DNA of 55,433 nucleotides, taken from a virus. Its lineage: Duplodnaviria; Caudoviricetes. This document shows, one piece after another, positions 43,843 through 52,908 of the stretch. The stretch is from positions 1 through 55,433 of IMG/VR virus record IMGVR_UViG_3300043449_001455; one strand, given 5' to 3'. The position numbers were made by a program, and so were the translations under genes. The notes under the pieces were generated by a model, which worked only from the letters and a program-made list of their open reading frames with translations, searched no databases and was not told the DNA's origin. How positions within the stretch are numbered: the first letter of the stretch is position 1; each line of letters opens with the position of its first letter.

Positions 43843-44264
43843 CAGGCCCCAAGGTTGACAACGGAAGTTCTGTACTTGACCAGGTAGTCGCACATCACGA
43901 CACCGGCTGGCACATCTGCTTCCACTGTTTGAAACTCTACTTGGAATGGCTGGATGTCGATCGCGAGCCCGCCAAGTGTCAGATCCGCCATCAGCCTGGC
44001 GTGTAGCGACTCGACTACGGGGTCCGCAGCCTGATCCGGTACGTTGGCGCGCACGATCACGGCCACGCGAACCAGCAGCGACCAGTCCAGCGTTGGCAGG
44101 CTGGTGTTCTGCTCGCAGCGGTCCTTCATCGGCTCGACGATGATCGCCGGGCTCTCCTGTCTTGCCAGTGGCTCCACCCTGCTGCGATAGATCCGGGTGC
44201 TGACGCCGGTGGTGCCGGTCAGCGCTGTGCGGATAGCGGCGAGGATCTGTTCGCGCTTTGTCAT
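43842..44264 (-). CDS. Tail terminator (gpU-like)
   Basis: REQILAAI...RIYRSR..PL...PAIIVE...D.TLGGLA. Confidence 0.8.
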   Translation of the reverse strand: MTKREQILAAIRTALTGTTGVSTRIYRSRVEPLARQESPAIIVEPMKDRCEQNTSLPTLDWSLLVRVAVIVRANVPDQAADPVVESLHARLMADLTLGGLAIDIQPFQVEFQTVEADVPAGVVMCDYLVKYRTSVVNLGA

Positions 44265-44317
44265 GGGTTCAGATTAGCGACAGCCGACAGAGCGGGCGCG
44301 AAGGATGGCGTGAGAAA

Positions 44318-44593
44318 TCATGACTTCGTCAGCATCAATTCGGTGAACTTGCCGTCGTCGACCTTCATCGCCTCGCGGATCGTGTACACGGCGCCATCGA
44401 CGGTGATCGTATTGCCGTAAATCAGACCGCCAAAATCAGCCGTCTTTACTGTGAGCCTGTAGTCGGTGGTGAGCACCATGCCATCTGCCACGATCTGGCT
44501 GGGCATGTCGAGGATGCCTACGCCGGTCACCGCGCCGGCCGACACCGACACTCCGAAATCAGACAGGAACAGATCCAGCTCTTCGGTGATCAC
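44318..44593 (-). CDS. Head closure protein (gpFII-like)
   Basis: FLSDFG...GILD...ITVDG..YTIRE...DDG. Confidence 0.8.
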   Translation of the reverse strand: MITEELDLFLSDFGVSVSAGAVTGVGILDMPSQIVADGMVLTTDYRLTVKTADFGGLIYGNTITVDGAVYTIREAMKVDDGKFTELMLTKS

Positions 44594-45606
44594 AGTGCTA
44601 CCGCCTTGCCTCGTGCAATCAGGCTAGCCGCGTCGGCTGCCAGCACTGCAACTTCAGACCCCGACCAGGCGGGCTGGCCGCCAATCATCACATCCCCCGT
44701 CAGTCGCAGGCGAATCTCGCCCCGGCTGCTCACTGGTGTCGTAATCCGGCGCAGTTGGTCGACCCGAATGGCCTCAATTGCGCAGTCGAGATCATTTCGC
44801 CCATAGGCCACCAGCGCCTTCTGCCCGAACAGTTCCAACCCGCCGGGAAACGCGCATAGTGGCTGCCAGCCCTGCGCGCCTTCTGGCGCACCCCACTCTT
44901 CCTGCGCCGTGATCACCGGTGCCGCAGACATCAGCGTCGGTGCGTGCGGAGCCGTGGCGCCGAACGCCAGCCATGCGGCGTGATACAGGCGACTGCGGCG
45001 CGGGTGCTTCTCCCAGCTGTGGAACATCGTCAGCTTCTGCCCCTGCCAGTCAACCGCAGGCGTGCCACCGCTCATGCGGCCCCAACGCCAGCGCAACGGC
45101 TCGCTGCGCCACTCCTGCACCACCTCGTCGCCATCAAGCTCCAGCACGGTCCACCCGGCCGCGCCCATGTCGTAGATGCAGCGCAGCGCACCCTCGGCCT
45201 CGAAGAACGTCCAGTTCTTTTCCTTGCTGCTCCAGTCGTTGGCGCCGTACTTCGGCACCCACGTCTGTGCCAAGCTCCACGTCTTGCCCTTCTTCACCAG
45301 CCGGCCATAGGCCTGCACGCACTTCCAGCCCTGTTCCAGCCCATAGCGGGCAATCGAGAAGGCGATGTACGTACAGCTGCCGTACATGAAGAGCCGCGGA
45401 TCTTCCAGCGAGCACCCCTTCTCGACACCCGGCACCTTGAGCCGCTGGTTGCGCAGCACTTTGCGTGCCCCATCCAGCTCGGCCAACACGATCTCACTGA
45501 CCTTAAAATCTTCCGGCTCAGACCGGTACGCCAAGAGAAAGCCCTCCCCGGTCGAAACCAGGGAGGGGTTGTAATTCCGCTTGGCCTGAATCAGCCCAGC
45601 GATCAT
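44590..45606 (-). CDS. GH130-like beta-propeller protein with short C-terminal head-accessory-like domain
   Basis: YNPSL, LEDPRLF, EKNWTFF, SGGTP, FPGG, YGRND; tail IRLRLTGDVMIGG...AASLIARGKA. Confidence 0.7.
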   Translation of the reverse strand: MIAGLIQAKRNYNPSLVSTGEGFLLAYRSEPEDFKVSEIVLAELDGARKVLRNQRLKVPGVEKGCSLEDPRLFMYGSCTYIAFSIARYGLEQGWKCVQAYGRLVKKGKTWSLAQTWVPKYGANDWSSKEKNWTFFEAEGALRCIYDMGAAGWTVLELDGDEVVQEWRSEPLRWRWGRMSGGTPAVDWQGQKLTMFHSWEKHPRRSRLYHAAWLAFGATAPHAPTLMSAAPVITAQEEWGAPEGAQGWQPLCAFPGGLELFGQKALVAYGRNDLDCAIEAIRVDQLRRITTPVSSRGEIRLRLTGDVMIGGQPAWSGSEVAVLAADAASLIARGKAVAL

Positions 45607-45608
45607 GT

Positions 45609-47855
45609 TCAGCTCAGGGCACCGGTGCCGTAGCAGAAGGCGCCGGGCTGCTTGATCGCGAAGTCGATGTCCTGCAGCGCGATGATGCGCACGGTGCCGC
45701 TGGTGGCGCCGGCGTAGGGATCGAGGGTCAGGTCGAGACCGGACCACATGCCCATGATCATCTGGTCGAAGGCACCGAACACGATGTCGTCGAAGGCCAG
45801 CTGGTTGGACACCACGGCGGGGTAGCCGTTCACTTCGTTGTTCTCGTACACGAAGCCAGCGGCCACGGCAGAGACAGACTTGGCGGTGGACTTCAGAGCG
45901 CCGCGGGCGGCAGCGTTCATCAGGTAGAACAGCGAGCCGGCGTCGGCGTTGTCCTTGGCGACTTCGGTCTCCATGTCGATCAGCTCGGCGAAGGTGCCGT
46001 AGCCGGTCAGAGACTTGGTGTTGATGCCAACGGTGTTCACCAGGCCGCGGGGCTGGTTGCTGTTGCCGGAGCCGTACAGGCCAGCGCGGTCGATCTCAAG
46101 AGCGATCACGCGAGCCAGGTCGTTGCGGACCATTTGCTCAACGTCCACGGAGGACTGGAGCAGCAGGCGGCGGCTGTAGTCGACGAACGCGCCCACGGTC
46201 TTGGGCGACATGGTCACCTGACCCAGAGTCGGATCGGACTCGGTAGGAGCGTTGCCTTCACCCACCCAGTAAGCAGTGGCGGAACCGGTCTGCTTGGGGA
46301 TGGCGATGTTGCCCTGCAGGCCGTTCAGCACGGTGGCGCCCACCTGAGCCAGGGCCAGCTTGTTGCGCAGCAGCTCGATGAAGGAGCCAGCCAGGAGGTC
46401 GGTAGCAACCAGGTTGCCGCCGGCGGTGGCGGGGCTGGTGGCCAGGTCGCGGCGCAGCACCTCGTTGGGCACCATCAGACCGTTGGCGGGCTTGCCGTAG
46501 GTCTTAGAAGCAGCCTCGGAAACCTCACGCTCGAAAGCGGCGGCTTCAGCAGCCTGTTTGTCGCCGGGGTTGGCGAGGTAGTTGAGGGCGCGAAGGAAGG
46601 AATAGGAGCGGGTCTCCTTGTCGGTCAGGCCGAGGTCGGCTGCCTTTTCGTCAGCGATGCGATGTTCCACTTTGGAGGCGCGGGTGTCGAGTTTGTCGAG
46701 GACAGCGGCGCGAGCCTCGTCCACGGAGCGGCCACCATCGATCAGCTCACGAGCCAGATCTTTGAGGCCATGCTTGTCACCAAGAGCGGTGATGGCGGCG
46801 ATACGGCTACGCTCGGCCTCGGCGGCCTTGGACCGGATCACCTCCACGTCAGGGGTGGTGTTTTCCATTTGGAGAACCTTTGGTTCGGGGGTTGGTGATG
46901 CGGCGGTGGCCGCAGAATCGATCGCAAGCGACCGACCCACACCCACAGTGGGGTCAGCCGGAATGCTAACGACCGATACTTCGTAGGGACTCCAATCAGT
47001 CGCTACGAAGCTCTCGCCACGCTCCTCCATCTTGTTGATGGCGTAGCCAAAGCTGACGCCCCGAAGGACGCCATCCTTGACATCAGCCATCACCTCTTTG
47101 GCGAAGCTGTTGCGAGAGAAGCGGACCTTGACATAGCCACGCTTCTTCTTGCCGTCGACCCATGCACGCTCGACGACGCCCACCACCTTGTCAGGGTTGT
47201 GGTTGAAGAGGAGCGGCGCACCGTCATTGAGACGGCTCAGGTCAGCGGACGCACCGTCGTGGCTCAGCACTTCGTTCCCGAAGTACCGCGCGACGGGATA
47301 CTCGCTAGAGAAGGGGAACTCGAAAGTCCGATCCTCCACTTCCGAGAAAACAGTGGCCTCAGTGCGCTGATAGTTGCCTTCCAGTGAGCGGAGGGCCGAA
47401 ATCTTGGTCAGCGCACTGAATCGATGGCCTGCCATCACGTCAGTTTCATCCCAGCCATCGGCGCCTTTGCGGTACACCGCAATCAGCGCAGCCGGGTCGG
47501 CTTCGGTGCCGACAATCTCGAAGCTGCTGCTGGGCACATCGATGCGGCCATCTCGCTCGATCTTGGTGATCCGACCCTGAGCATTGCCGCCAGGGGTGTT
47601 CCACCGGACAAAGTCACCAACGCTGAGTGCGTCGGCTTCGGCGCGTTGCACCAGACCTTCGGCCGCTTCGCGTTCATCGACATCATCCTCTGACTCTTCG
47701 CCAGACAGTGCCTCGACTACATCCTCGACAGCCTCAGCCATATGCTCAGCCACGACCTCGGCAACAGTCTCGCCGATTGCAGCAACTTGCTCTTCCGTCA
47801 GATCGTGCATTGCACGCTCCTCGGTATCGGTAGGTTGTTCCTTGGGTTCGTCCAT
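45609..47855 (-). CDS. Fused prohead protease and major capsid protein (HK97 fold)
   Basis: FSSEYPV, PLLFNH, VSFGY, EVSVVSIPAD protease motifs; GGNLVATD, IPKQT...YWVGE capsid motifs; possible internal start near 46868. Confidence 0.93.
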   Translation of the reverse strand: MDEPKEQPTDTEERAMHDLTEEQVAAIGETVAEVVAEHMAEAVEDVVEALSGEESEDDVDEREAAEGLVQRAEADALSVGDFVRWNTPGGNAQGRITKIERDGRIDVPSSSFEIVGTEADPAALIAVYRKGADGWDETDVMAGHRFSALTKISALRSLEGNYQRTEATVFSEVEDRTFEFPFSSEYPVARYFGNEVLSHDGASADLSRLNDGAPLLFNHNPDKVVGVVERAWVDGKKKRGYVKVRFSRNSFAKEVMADVKDGVLRGVSFGYAINKMEERGESFVATDWSPYEVSVVSIPADPTVGVGRSLAIDSAATAASPTPEPKVLQMENTTPDVEVIRSKAAEAERSRIAAITALGDKHGLKDLARELIDGGRSVDEARAAVLDKLDTRASKVEHRIADEKAADLGLTDKETRSYSFLRALNYLANPGDKQAAEAAAFEREVSEAASKTYGKPANGLMVPNEVLRRDLATSPATAGGNLVATDLLAGSFIELLRNKLALAQVGATVLNGLQGNIAIPKQTGSATAYWVGEGNAPTESDPTLGQVTMSPKTVGAFVDYSRRLLLQSSVDVEQMVRNDLARVIALEIDRAGLYGSGNSNQPRGLVNTVGINTKSLTGYGTFAELIDMETEVAKDNADAGSLFYLMNAAARGALKSTAKSVSAVAAGFVYENNEVNGYPAVVSNQLAFDDIVFGAFDQMIMGMWSGLDLTLDPYAGATSGTVRIIALQDIDFAIKQPGAFCYGTGALS

Positions 47856-49477
47856 CAGTTAAGCGACCCTTCTGGACGCTCGGGTTGAACTTCTTCCACC
47901 TTACTCGCTTTCTTGCGACGCGATTTCACAGCCCGGCGGGGAGGCTGTTCAGGAGAATCTGCCTCCCCGCCGTCTGCCGCGGGCTCCCCGGGAGGAATAG
48001 GGGCCGCCGGCGGTGCCATATCAACGTCGAGCTGTACCCCGGCGTCGGTGATCGACTTCTTCTCGCGAGCCAGCTGCTGGATGTTTTCGTCAAAATCGCC
48101 GCCCAGCTGCGCGCAGATCTGCGCTTTGGTCATGTAGCCGGCCGCTTCCATCTCACGGTAGGCCTTGACTTCCTTGAGCGGGTCGACCCAGCTCCAGCCG
48201 CGGGCCAGCCACTTCGGGCTGTCGTAGCGCTCGGGGCGCAGCTCGTAATCGGGCAGCGCCAGCTCGCCGGTCAGCACGGCCACGTCGAGCCACTCGCGGA
48301 ACACCCGCATGTGGAAATTCTCGATCAGGTACGCCTGCATCACGCGCCAGTGGTCGCGATCCTCCAGCAGGCTTAGGCGGCTGCTGCTGTAGTTGGTTTC
48401 GCTGAAATCACGGCTCAGCGTTTCGTAGGAGCAGCCAAAGCCCGAAGCAAAGCGCCGGGTCTTGGCGCGCACGAACGCCTCATACTGCGCATCTGGCGAC
48501 GAGATGTCGGGCACCGTGACGCTCTGACCTGGATCGAGATACTTGAACACCCCGGGCTCGAACTCGGTGATGCGCTGCTCGTTCTCAACGTCATCCGCCT
48601 CAAGCTCGCCTTCAGGCGATGTCACGAAGCCCATCAGCGATGCTGCGCTGCGGGCCCGCACCACCGCGGCCTCCTCGTAACCGGCCAGCTGATGCGCATC
48701 GGTGATCACCGGCGCGAACCAGGGCACACCGCGGTGCTGATTCGGGCGCTCGGGAATGAACAGATGGATGACATCCTTGGCCGGCAGGAACACGTGCTTC
48801 ACGTTTTCCCGATCCGGGCTGCCGGCGAACCAATAGTCGCCCGGGTGGCGCGTCAGGAACGCATACTGCACCGGCCGGCCGTAGCGGTCGATCTCGACCC
48901 CCATCCGCCACTCATTGCCCTTGGCGCTCACTGCACCGTTGTACTCATCATCGAGCAGGTCGCTCTCGATGATCTCCAGCGCGATCGGCACCTTGCTGCC
49001 GCCGAACGGGCGCCGGTGGATCCTGAAGATCACCTCGCCGCTTTCTGGCAGCGCACCGGCCGCCAGCCACTCGAACATGTTGAAGCTCTGCTTGCCGGCC
49101 ACATCGCAGTAGTCCTTGCGGCACCAGCGCTCCCACTTGGCCTCGATCAGCCCATTGATCTTCTCGTCGCGTCGATTGCCGCGCAGGCTCATCACCTGCG
49201 ACTGCATCTTCACGCCGGCGCCGATCACGTTGATCTGCGTCGTGCGCTTGGCTTGGCGGGCATACGGGTTGTCCCGCACCATCTGCCGCGACCGGTCGCG
49301 CAGCTTGCGCAGGCTGGTCTTGATCTCGGCATCGGCGCTGGTGCCGTTGCTGATCCAGTCGCTGGTCAGGCGATTGATGATCGCCCCGGCATAGGTGCGG
49401 CGCCGACGCTTGGCGGGCTCCGCCTGTTGTTTCGGCCCGAATCCGATGGCCGTCAGAAGTCGTGTGCGGAGTCCCAT
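47855..49477 (-). CDS. Portal protein (lambda gpB family)
   Basis: LRDRSR, MGVEID..GRP..Y, RGVPW, NYSSSR, WVDPLKE. Confidence 0.93.
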   Translation of the reverse strand: MGLRTRLLTAIGFGPKQQAEPAKRRRRTYAGAIINRLTSDWISNGTSADAEIKTSLRKLRDRSRQMVRDNPYARQAKRTTQINVIGAGVKMQSQVMSLRGNRRDEKINGLIEAKWERWCRKDYCDVAGKQSFNMFEWLAAGALPESGEVIFRIHRRPFGGSKVPIALEIIESDLLDDEYNGAVSAKGNEWRMGVEIDRYGRPVQYAFLTRHPGDYWFAGSPDRENVKHVFLPAKDVIHLFIPERPNQHRGVPWFAPVITDAHQLAGYEEAAVVRARSAASLMGFVTSPEGELEADDVENEQRITEFEPGVFKYLDPGQSVTVPDISSPDAQYEAFVRAKTRRFASGFGCSYETLSRDFSETNYSSSRLSLLEDRDHWRVMQAYLIENFHMRVFREWLDVAVLTGELALPDYELRPERYDSPKWLARGWSWVDPLKEVKAYREMEAAGYMTKAQICAQLGGDFDENIQQLAREKKSITDAGVQLDVDMAPPAAPIPPGEPAADGGEADSPEQPPRRAVKSRRKKASKVEEVQPERPEGSLN

Positions 49478-50058
49478 TAGCGGCCGAACCTCACATAGAG
49501 GTTATGAGGGTTGCCTAGTCCGTTTGCGATCATCGCTGCTTTGTTCTCGCGAGCGACATCAGCCTTGAGCTTGCTCTCCAGCGCCAGCAGGTCGGCGAGC
49601 TCGTAGCGCTTGAGGCTTCGGGTGCCGATCCGGTACTCCTGCACCGCACCGCCGCTCATCAGGCTGCGGATTGCACCCTGAACTGCCTCAAGATCCTTCT
49701 GCGCCTGGCTGCGACCATCGAACGCCCCGGGCAGGCCGGCGTAGCTCAGGCTGGGCAGCACTTCAAACTGCCCCGTGCCCAGCGTCGTCTTCTCGCCGCC
49801 GCTCAGCGCGGTCGCCACCGCCTGGAAGTACCAGATGCCGGCATCAAACGCCGCTGATGTCACCGCCGAGATGGTGAACTCCCACCCCGAATCTGCTGCC
49901 ACGCCGACGACAGTCGCGCCCTCGTGGCTGGTGTTGGTGCGGAGGAAGTAGGTGAGACCGTGAGTTGCACTGGTCAGGGGGGCTCCAAACACGTCCGTGG
50001 CGGAGGGGTCTCGCCAGCGGACTGTGTCTCCAGCGCGTACTTGCGAGGGTATTCTCAC
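49477..50058 (-). CDS. Head completion protein (gpW-like C-terminus)
   Basis: VQEYRIGTRSLKRYELADL; between terL and portal. Confidence 0.75.
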   Translation of the reverse strand: MRIPSQVRAGDTVRWRDPSATDVFGAPLTSATHGLTYFLRTNTSHEGATVVGVAADSGWEFTISAVTSAAFDAGIWYFQAVATALSGGEKTTLGTGQFEVLPSLSYAGLPGAFDGRSQAQKDLEAVQGAIRSLMSGGAVQEYRIGTRSLKRYELADLLALESKLKADVARENKAAMIANGLGNPHNLYVRFGR

Positions 50059-50062
50059 GGCC

Positions 50063-51916
50063 TCACCATTGGCGAACGAACGACCGCTTTGCGGGCTTAT
50101 TCGATCTTAGCGGCGCCTTGCGCTCCCTTTCTACCGGCTTTTCGAGCCGTTTCTCCAGCTGATCCCACATTGTTCTGCGGTCGTACCGCTGATACATCCG
50201 ATTTAGCGCTGCATACGCATACACCAGCTCATCCAGTGCTTCGTTGCGCTGGCTCGATTTCTTCACCCAAACGCGCTCTGGATACCCGCGCACGAACCGG
50301 GTGATCTGCTTCTCTGCTGTCAGCTCCTCAAAATACTCTTTTCCAGCATCTGCGTAAAAGTGCAGGAAGCCTGGGCCGGGCTCGTTGTGCTTTAGTCGGC
50401 CAAACAGCAGGCTTTTCACTGTGTCGCCACCCACCGGATACACCTCGGCGCCTTTCTTCAGCGCCTTGCCCTTGTAGTTCAGGTCGACCTTGGTGGGCTT
50501 GCCGATCGGTGGCTTGCCCTTCTGGCTCTGACCCTTGATCGCGATCACGCCCAGGTTCTGCCGTTCGCGGGCGTACTGGTACACCTCCATCGTGTGGTGG
50601 CCGCCGGAGTCGATGCAGACCACATCCGGCCGCAGCTCGCCGCCCATCGCATGCTTGAACGGCCGCATGATCAGCTCGTCCAGCTGCTTCCACGGCTCTG
50701 GCCGGCTTGGGTCGCCATGGATCACCTGCCGGTCGACCAGCCAGCCTTCCTCCTCGCGGCCCCAGGCCCACACGCTCAGGCTCAGCCTGTTGTCCTGCAC
50801 GTCGCAGCCGATCGTCAGCACTGATGCCTCAGCCGGGATCATCCGCTTCTCGTAGAACTCGGCCCGCTCCAGCAGGCTGTCGGCGCCCACCTTCGCCGCG
50901 TAATCGTCCTCCCAGCTTTCGCCCAGCACGGTGTTGACAAACGTCTTCAGTGCCTCGGGGTCGCTCTTTGCCTCTAGGAACTCGTCCCGCAAGTTCTCCC
51001 AGCTGGCGTTCGGGCTGTAGCTGTAGGCCGCCCAGATGTGGAACGAAGCGTGCTTGCCATTGCCCGGTGCAGTCGCCCGCCATTCGCCGCGCTCGACCAT
51101 CCAGCGCTTTTTGCTATGCGGGATCAGCACCCCGCATTCCTCGCACACGTAATGCACCGGTGAATACGGATCGTCCCACCGCATGTGCGCCCACTTGAGG
51201 TACTGCATGTGCCCGCAATCAGGACACGGCACGAAATACCGGCGCTGGTCGCCCTGCGCGAACAATCGCTCGATCCGGCTTGCATCTTTCAGTGTTGGTG
51301 TGCTGCCGGCGATGATCTTGCGGTTCCAGTAATACTCTGTCCGCCTGATGCCCAGCTTGATCTGGTCGCCCTCGGGCCCGGCACTCGGCGGGTAGCCGTC
51401 CGTTTCGTCGAACATCACAATCCGGCGGCTCACACGGCGGAAGCCCCGCGGGCTGTTGGCGCCCACCAGGCCCAGCGTTCCGCCCGGATACTGCTTCTGC
51501 AGGATCGTGTTGGCGCCGTCCTTCGCCTTGCTATCGCTCACCAACCCCTTCAGCACCGGCACGTCGCGCAGCATTGGCGCGATCTCTTCTTTCGAGTAGC
51601 CCTGGGCGTCCTCAATTGTCGGCTGCACCAGCATCATCGGGCAGGGGTCCTGGTGGATGTGAAAAGCGATGCAGGCGTTGAGGCACTTGGTGTAGCCCAC
51701 CCGGGCGCTCTTCATCACCGAGATCTGCTCGATCGCCGGATCAGTGATCGAGTCCATGATTCCCTTCTGGTACGGCAGCGTGTGCCACCGGCCAGCCTCG
51801 GCGCTGCTCTCGGCCGACAGGAAGAAGTACCGGTCGGACCACTCCGACAGGCTCAGCTTCTCCGGTGGCCTCCATGCCCGCAGCGCAGACGCAGCCAGTT
51901 GCGCAACTTCAGCCAT
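50063..51916 (-). CDS. terL: Terminase large subunit (lambda gpA family)
   Basis: KSARVGYT, FDETD, GSTPT, GCDVQ, IDSGG, RNEALD. Confidence 0.95.
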   Translation of the reverse strand: MAEVAQLAASALRAWRPPEKLSLSEWSDRYFFLSAESSAEAGRWHTLPYQKGIMDSITDPAIEQISVMKSARVGYTKCLNACIAFHIHQDPCPMMLVQPTIEDAQGYSKEEIAPMLRDVPVLKGLVSDSKAKDGANTILQKQYPGGTLGLVGANSPRGFRRVSRRIVMFDETDGYPPSAGPEGDQIKLGIRRTEYYWNRKIIAGSTPTLKDASRIERLFAQGDQRRYFVPCPDCGHMQYLKWAHMRWDDPYSPVHYVCEECGVLIPHSKKRWMVERGEWRATAPGNGKHASFHIWAAYSYSPNASWENLRDEFLEAKSDPEALKTFVNTVLGESWEDDYAAKVGADSLLERAEFYEKRMIPAEASVLTIGCDVQDNRLSLSVWAWGREEEGWLVDRQVIHGDPSRPEPWKQLDELIMRPFKHAMGGELRPDVVCIDSGGHHTMEVYQYARERQNLGVIAIKGQSQKGKPPIGKPTKVDLNYKGKALKKGAEVYPVGGDTVKSLLFGRLKHNEPGPGFLHFYADAGKEYFEELTAEKQITRFVRGYPERVWVKKSSQRNEALDELVYAYAALNRMYQRYDRRTMWDQLEKRLEKPVERERKAPLRSNKPAKRSFVRQW

Positions 51917-52451
51917 CTTTCTCTGCCAGCTCCTCCAGCGCTTCCCGGACGATGTCCTCCAGGATCGCAATCTGGTCCTGGGTGAGATCGGGGATCCGCT
52001 GCTTGGCCTTTGACGGCACACCGAGCACCTTGGTGCGGCTGATCGTGATCACCTCCACCCACTGCGCCTCGACATCCGCGGCCCGCACCAGCAGCCCTTC
52101 CTTCTCCTTGCGCTCCAGCTCCAGCAGCTCGGCCTTGAGGTATTCAGTGCGCGCGCGGCTCTCGTTGTACTCGGGGACAATGTCCTCGGGTTCTGGAGAC
52201 GCGAGTGATCGTTGGGCTGGCTTGGGCCGCGCTGGAGGAAAGGCAGTCTCGCCGGCCGGCGGCTTTGGACCCACGCCGATCTTGGCCATGGTTTTGGCGA
52301 ACCAGTCCTCGCGCAGCGTGTCGGACTGAATCAGCTCCTTGCCTTCAGCCGTGCGCACGACCGGAAGGCGACCCTGGCTGATCGCCTTGTAGACGGCAGT
52401 CCGGGACACTCCGAGCGCCGCGGCGGCTTCTGACTTGGTGATGAGCGGCAA
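51909..52451 (-). CDS. terS: Terminase small subunit
   Basis: N-terminal HTH; YNESRARTE...KEGLLV...IVREALEEL (Nu1-like); TTG start. Confidence 0.85.
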   Translation of the reverse strand: MPLITKSEAAAALGVSRTAVYKAISQGRLPVVRTAEGKELIQSDTLREDWFAKTMAKIGVGPKPPAGETAFPPARPKPAQRSLASPEPEDIVPEYNESRARTEYLKAELLELERKEKEGLLVRAADVEAQWVEVITISRTKVLGVPSKAKQRIPDLTQDQIAILEDIVREALEELAEKDG

Positions 52452-52640
52452 GGTATGCCGGTGGTGTTGACCAATGTTACGGGTTTACAGTCCTGGTTGA
52501 CACCAAGCCCAAAACCTAGGCGCAGAGGCTACTATGGCCGGTTGCCTTGTTTTCGGGGAAAGGGGAGATATTGCGCGAAATCGAGTTGAGGCTCATGAGA
52601 CTCACACCAACTTCGGCAAGTTGTGCCTAGGAAAACATCG

Positions 52641-52682
52641 AGATCCGAATCTACCCCCGAGTCCCTCACGTCGGGAGGACCC
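52641..52682 (-). other. Predicted cos site
   Basis: GGGTCCT (lambda cosQ heptamer) at 52682-52676; 23 nt further, the near-symmetric 12-mer AGATTCGGATCT (52652-52641), matching lambda cosQ-to-cohesive-end spacing; upstream of terS. Confidence 0.65.
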
Positions 52683-52784
52683 GCGAATGAGAATCAGTCG
52701 CAACAAAGGGGCCAGGGCCTGCCCCAGGCCTGCCCCTGGGGTGGCCATTCGCTGAGCTCACCCCAGGCAAAGGGCAGGGGGGTG

Positions 52785-52884
52785 AGATACAACAAAGGCC
52801 CCGCACAATGGCAGGCCCTGAGATACAACAAAGGCCAGGCATGATGCCTGGCCCAGATACAACAAAGGGGCCAGCTGGCCCCCT
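52785..52884 (-). terminator. Three tandem terminator-like units with an identical tail
   Basis: AGATACAACAAAGG at 52785, 52821 and 52855, each adjoining a different GC-rich hairpin; partial fourth copy near 52701. Confidence 0.6.
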
Positions 52885-52908
52885 GCGGTTTGGCTGTGAT
52901 GCCTGGGC

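Noticed and set aside
45607-45747. Capsid-to-glycosidase frameshift fusion (T7 10A/10B style)
   Set aside because: The -1 frame is open but I see no slippery heptamer, and a good ATG follows the capsid stop.
52785-52884. Mini-CRISPR array
   Set aside because: The repeat is only 14 bp and the intervening segments are hairpins; terminators fit better.
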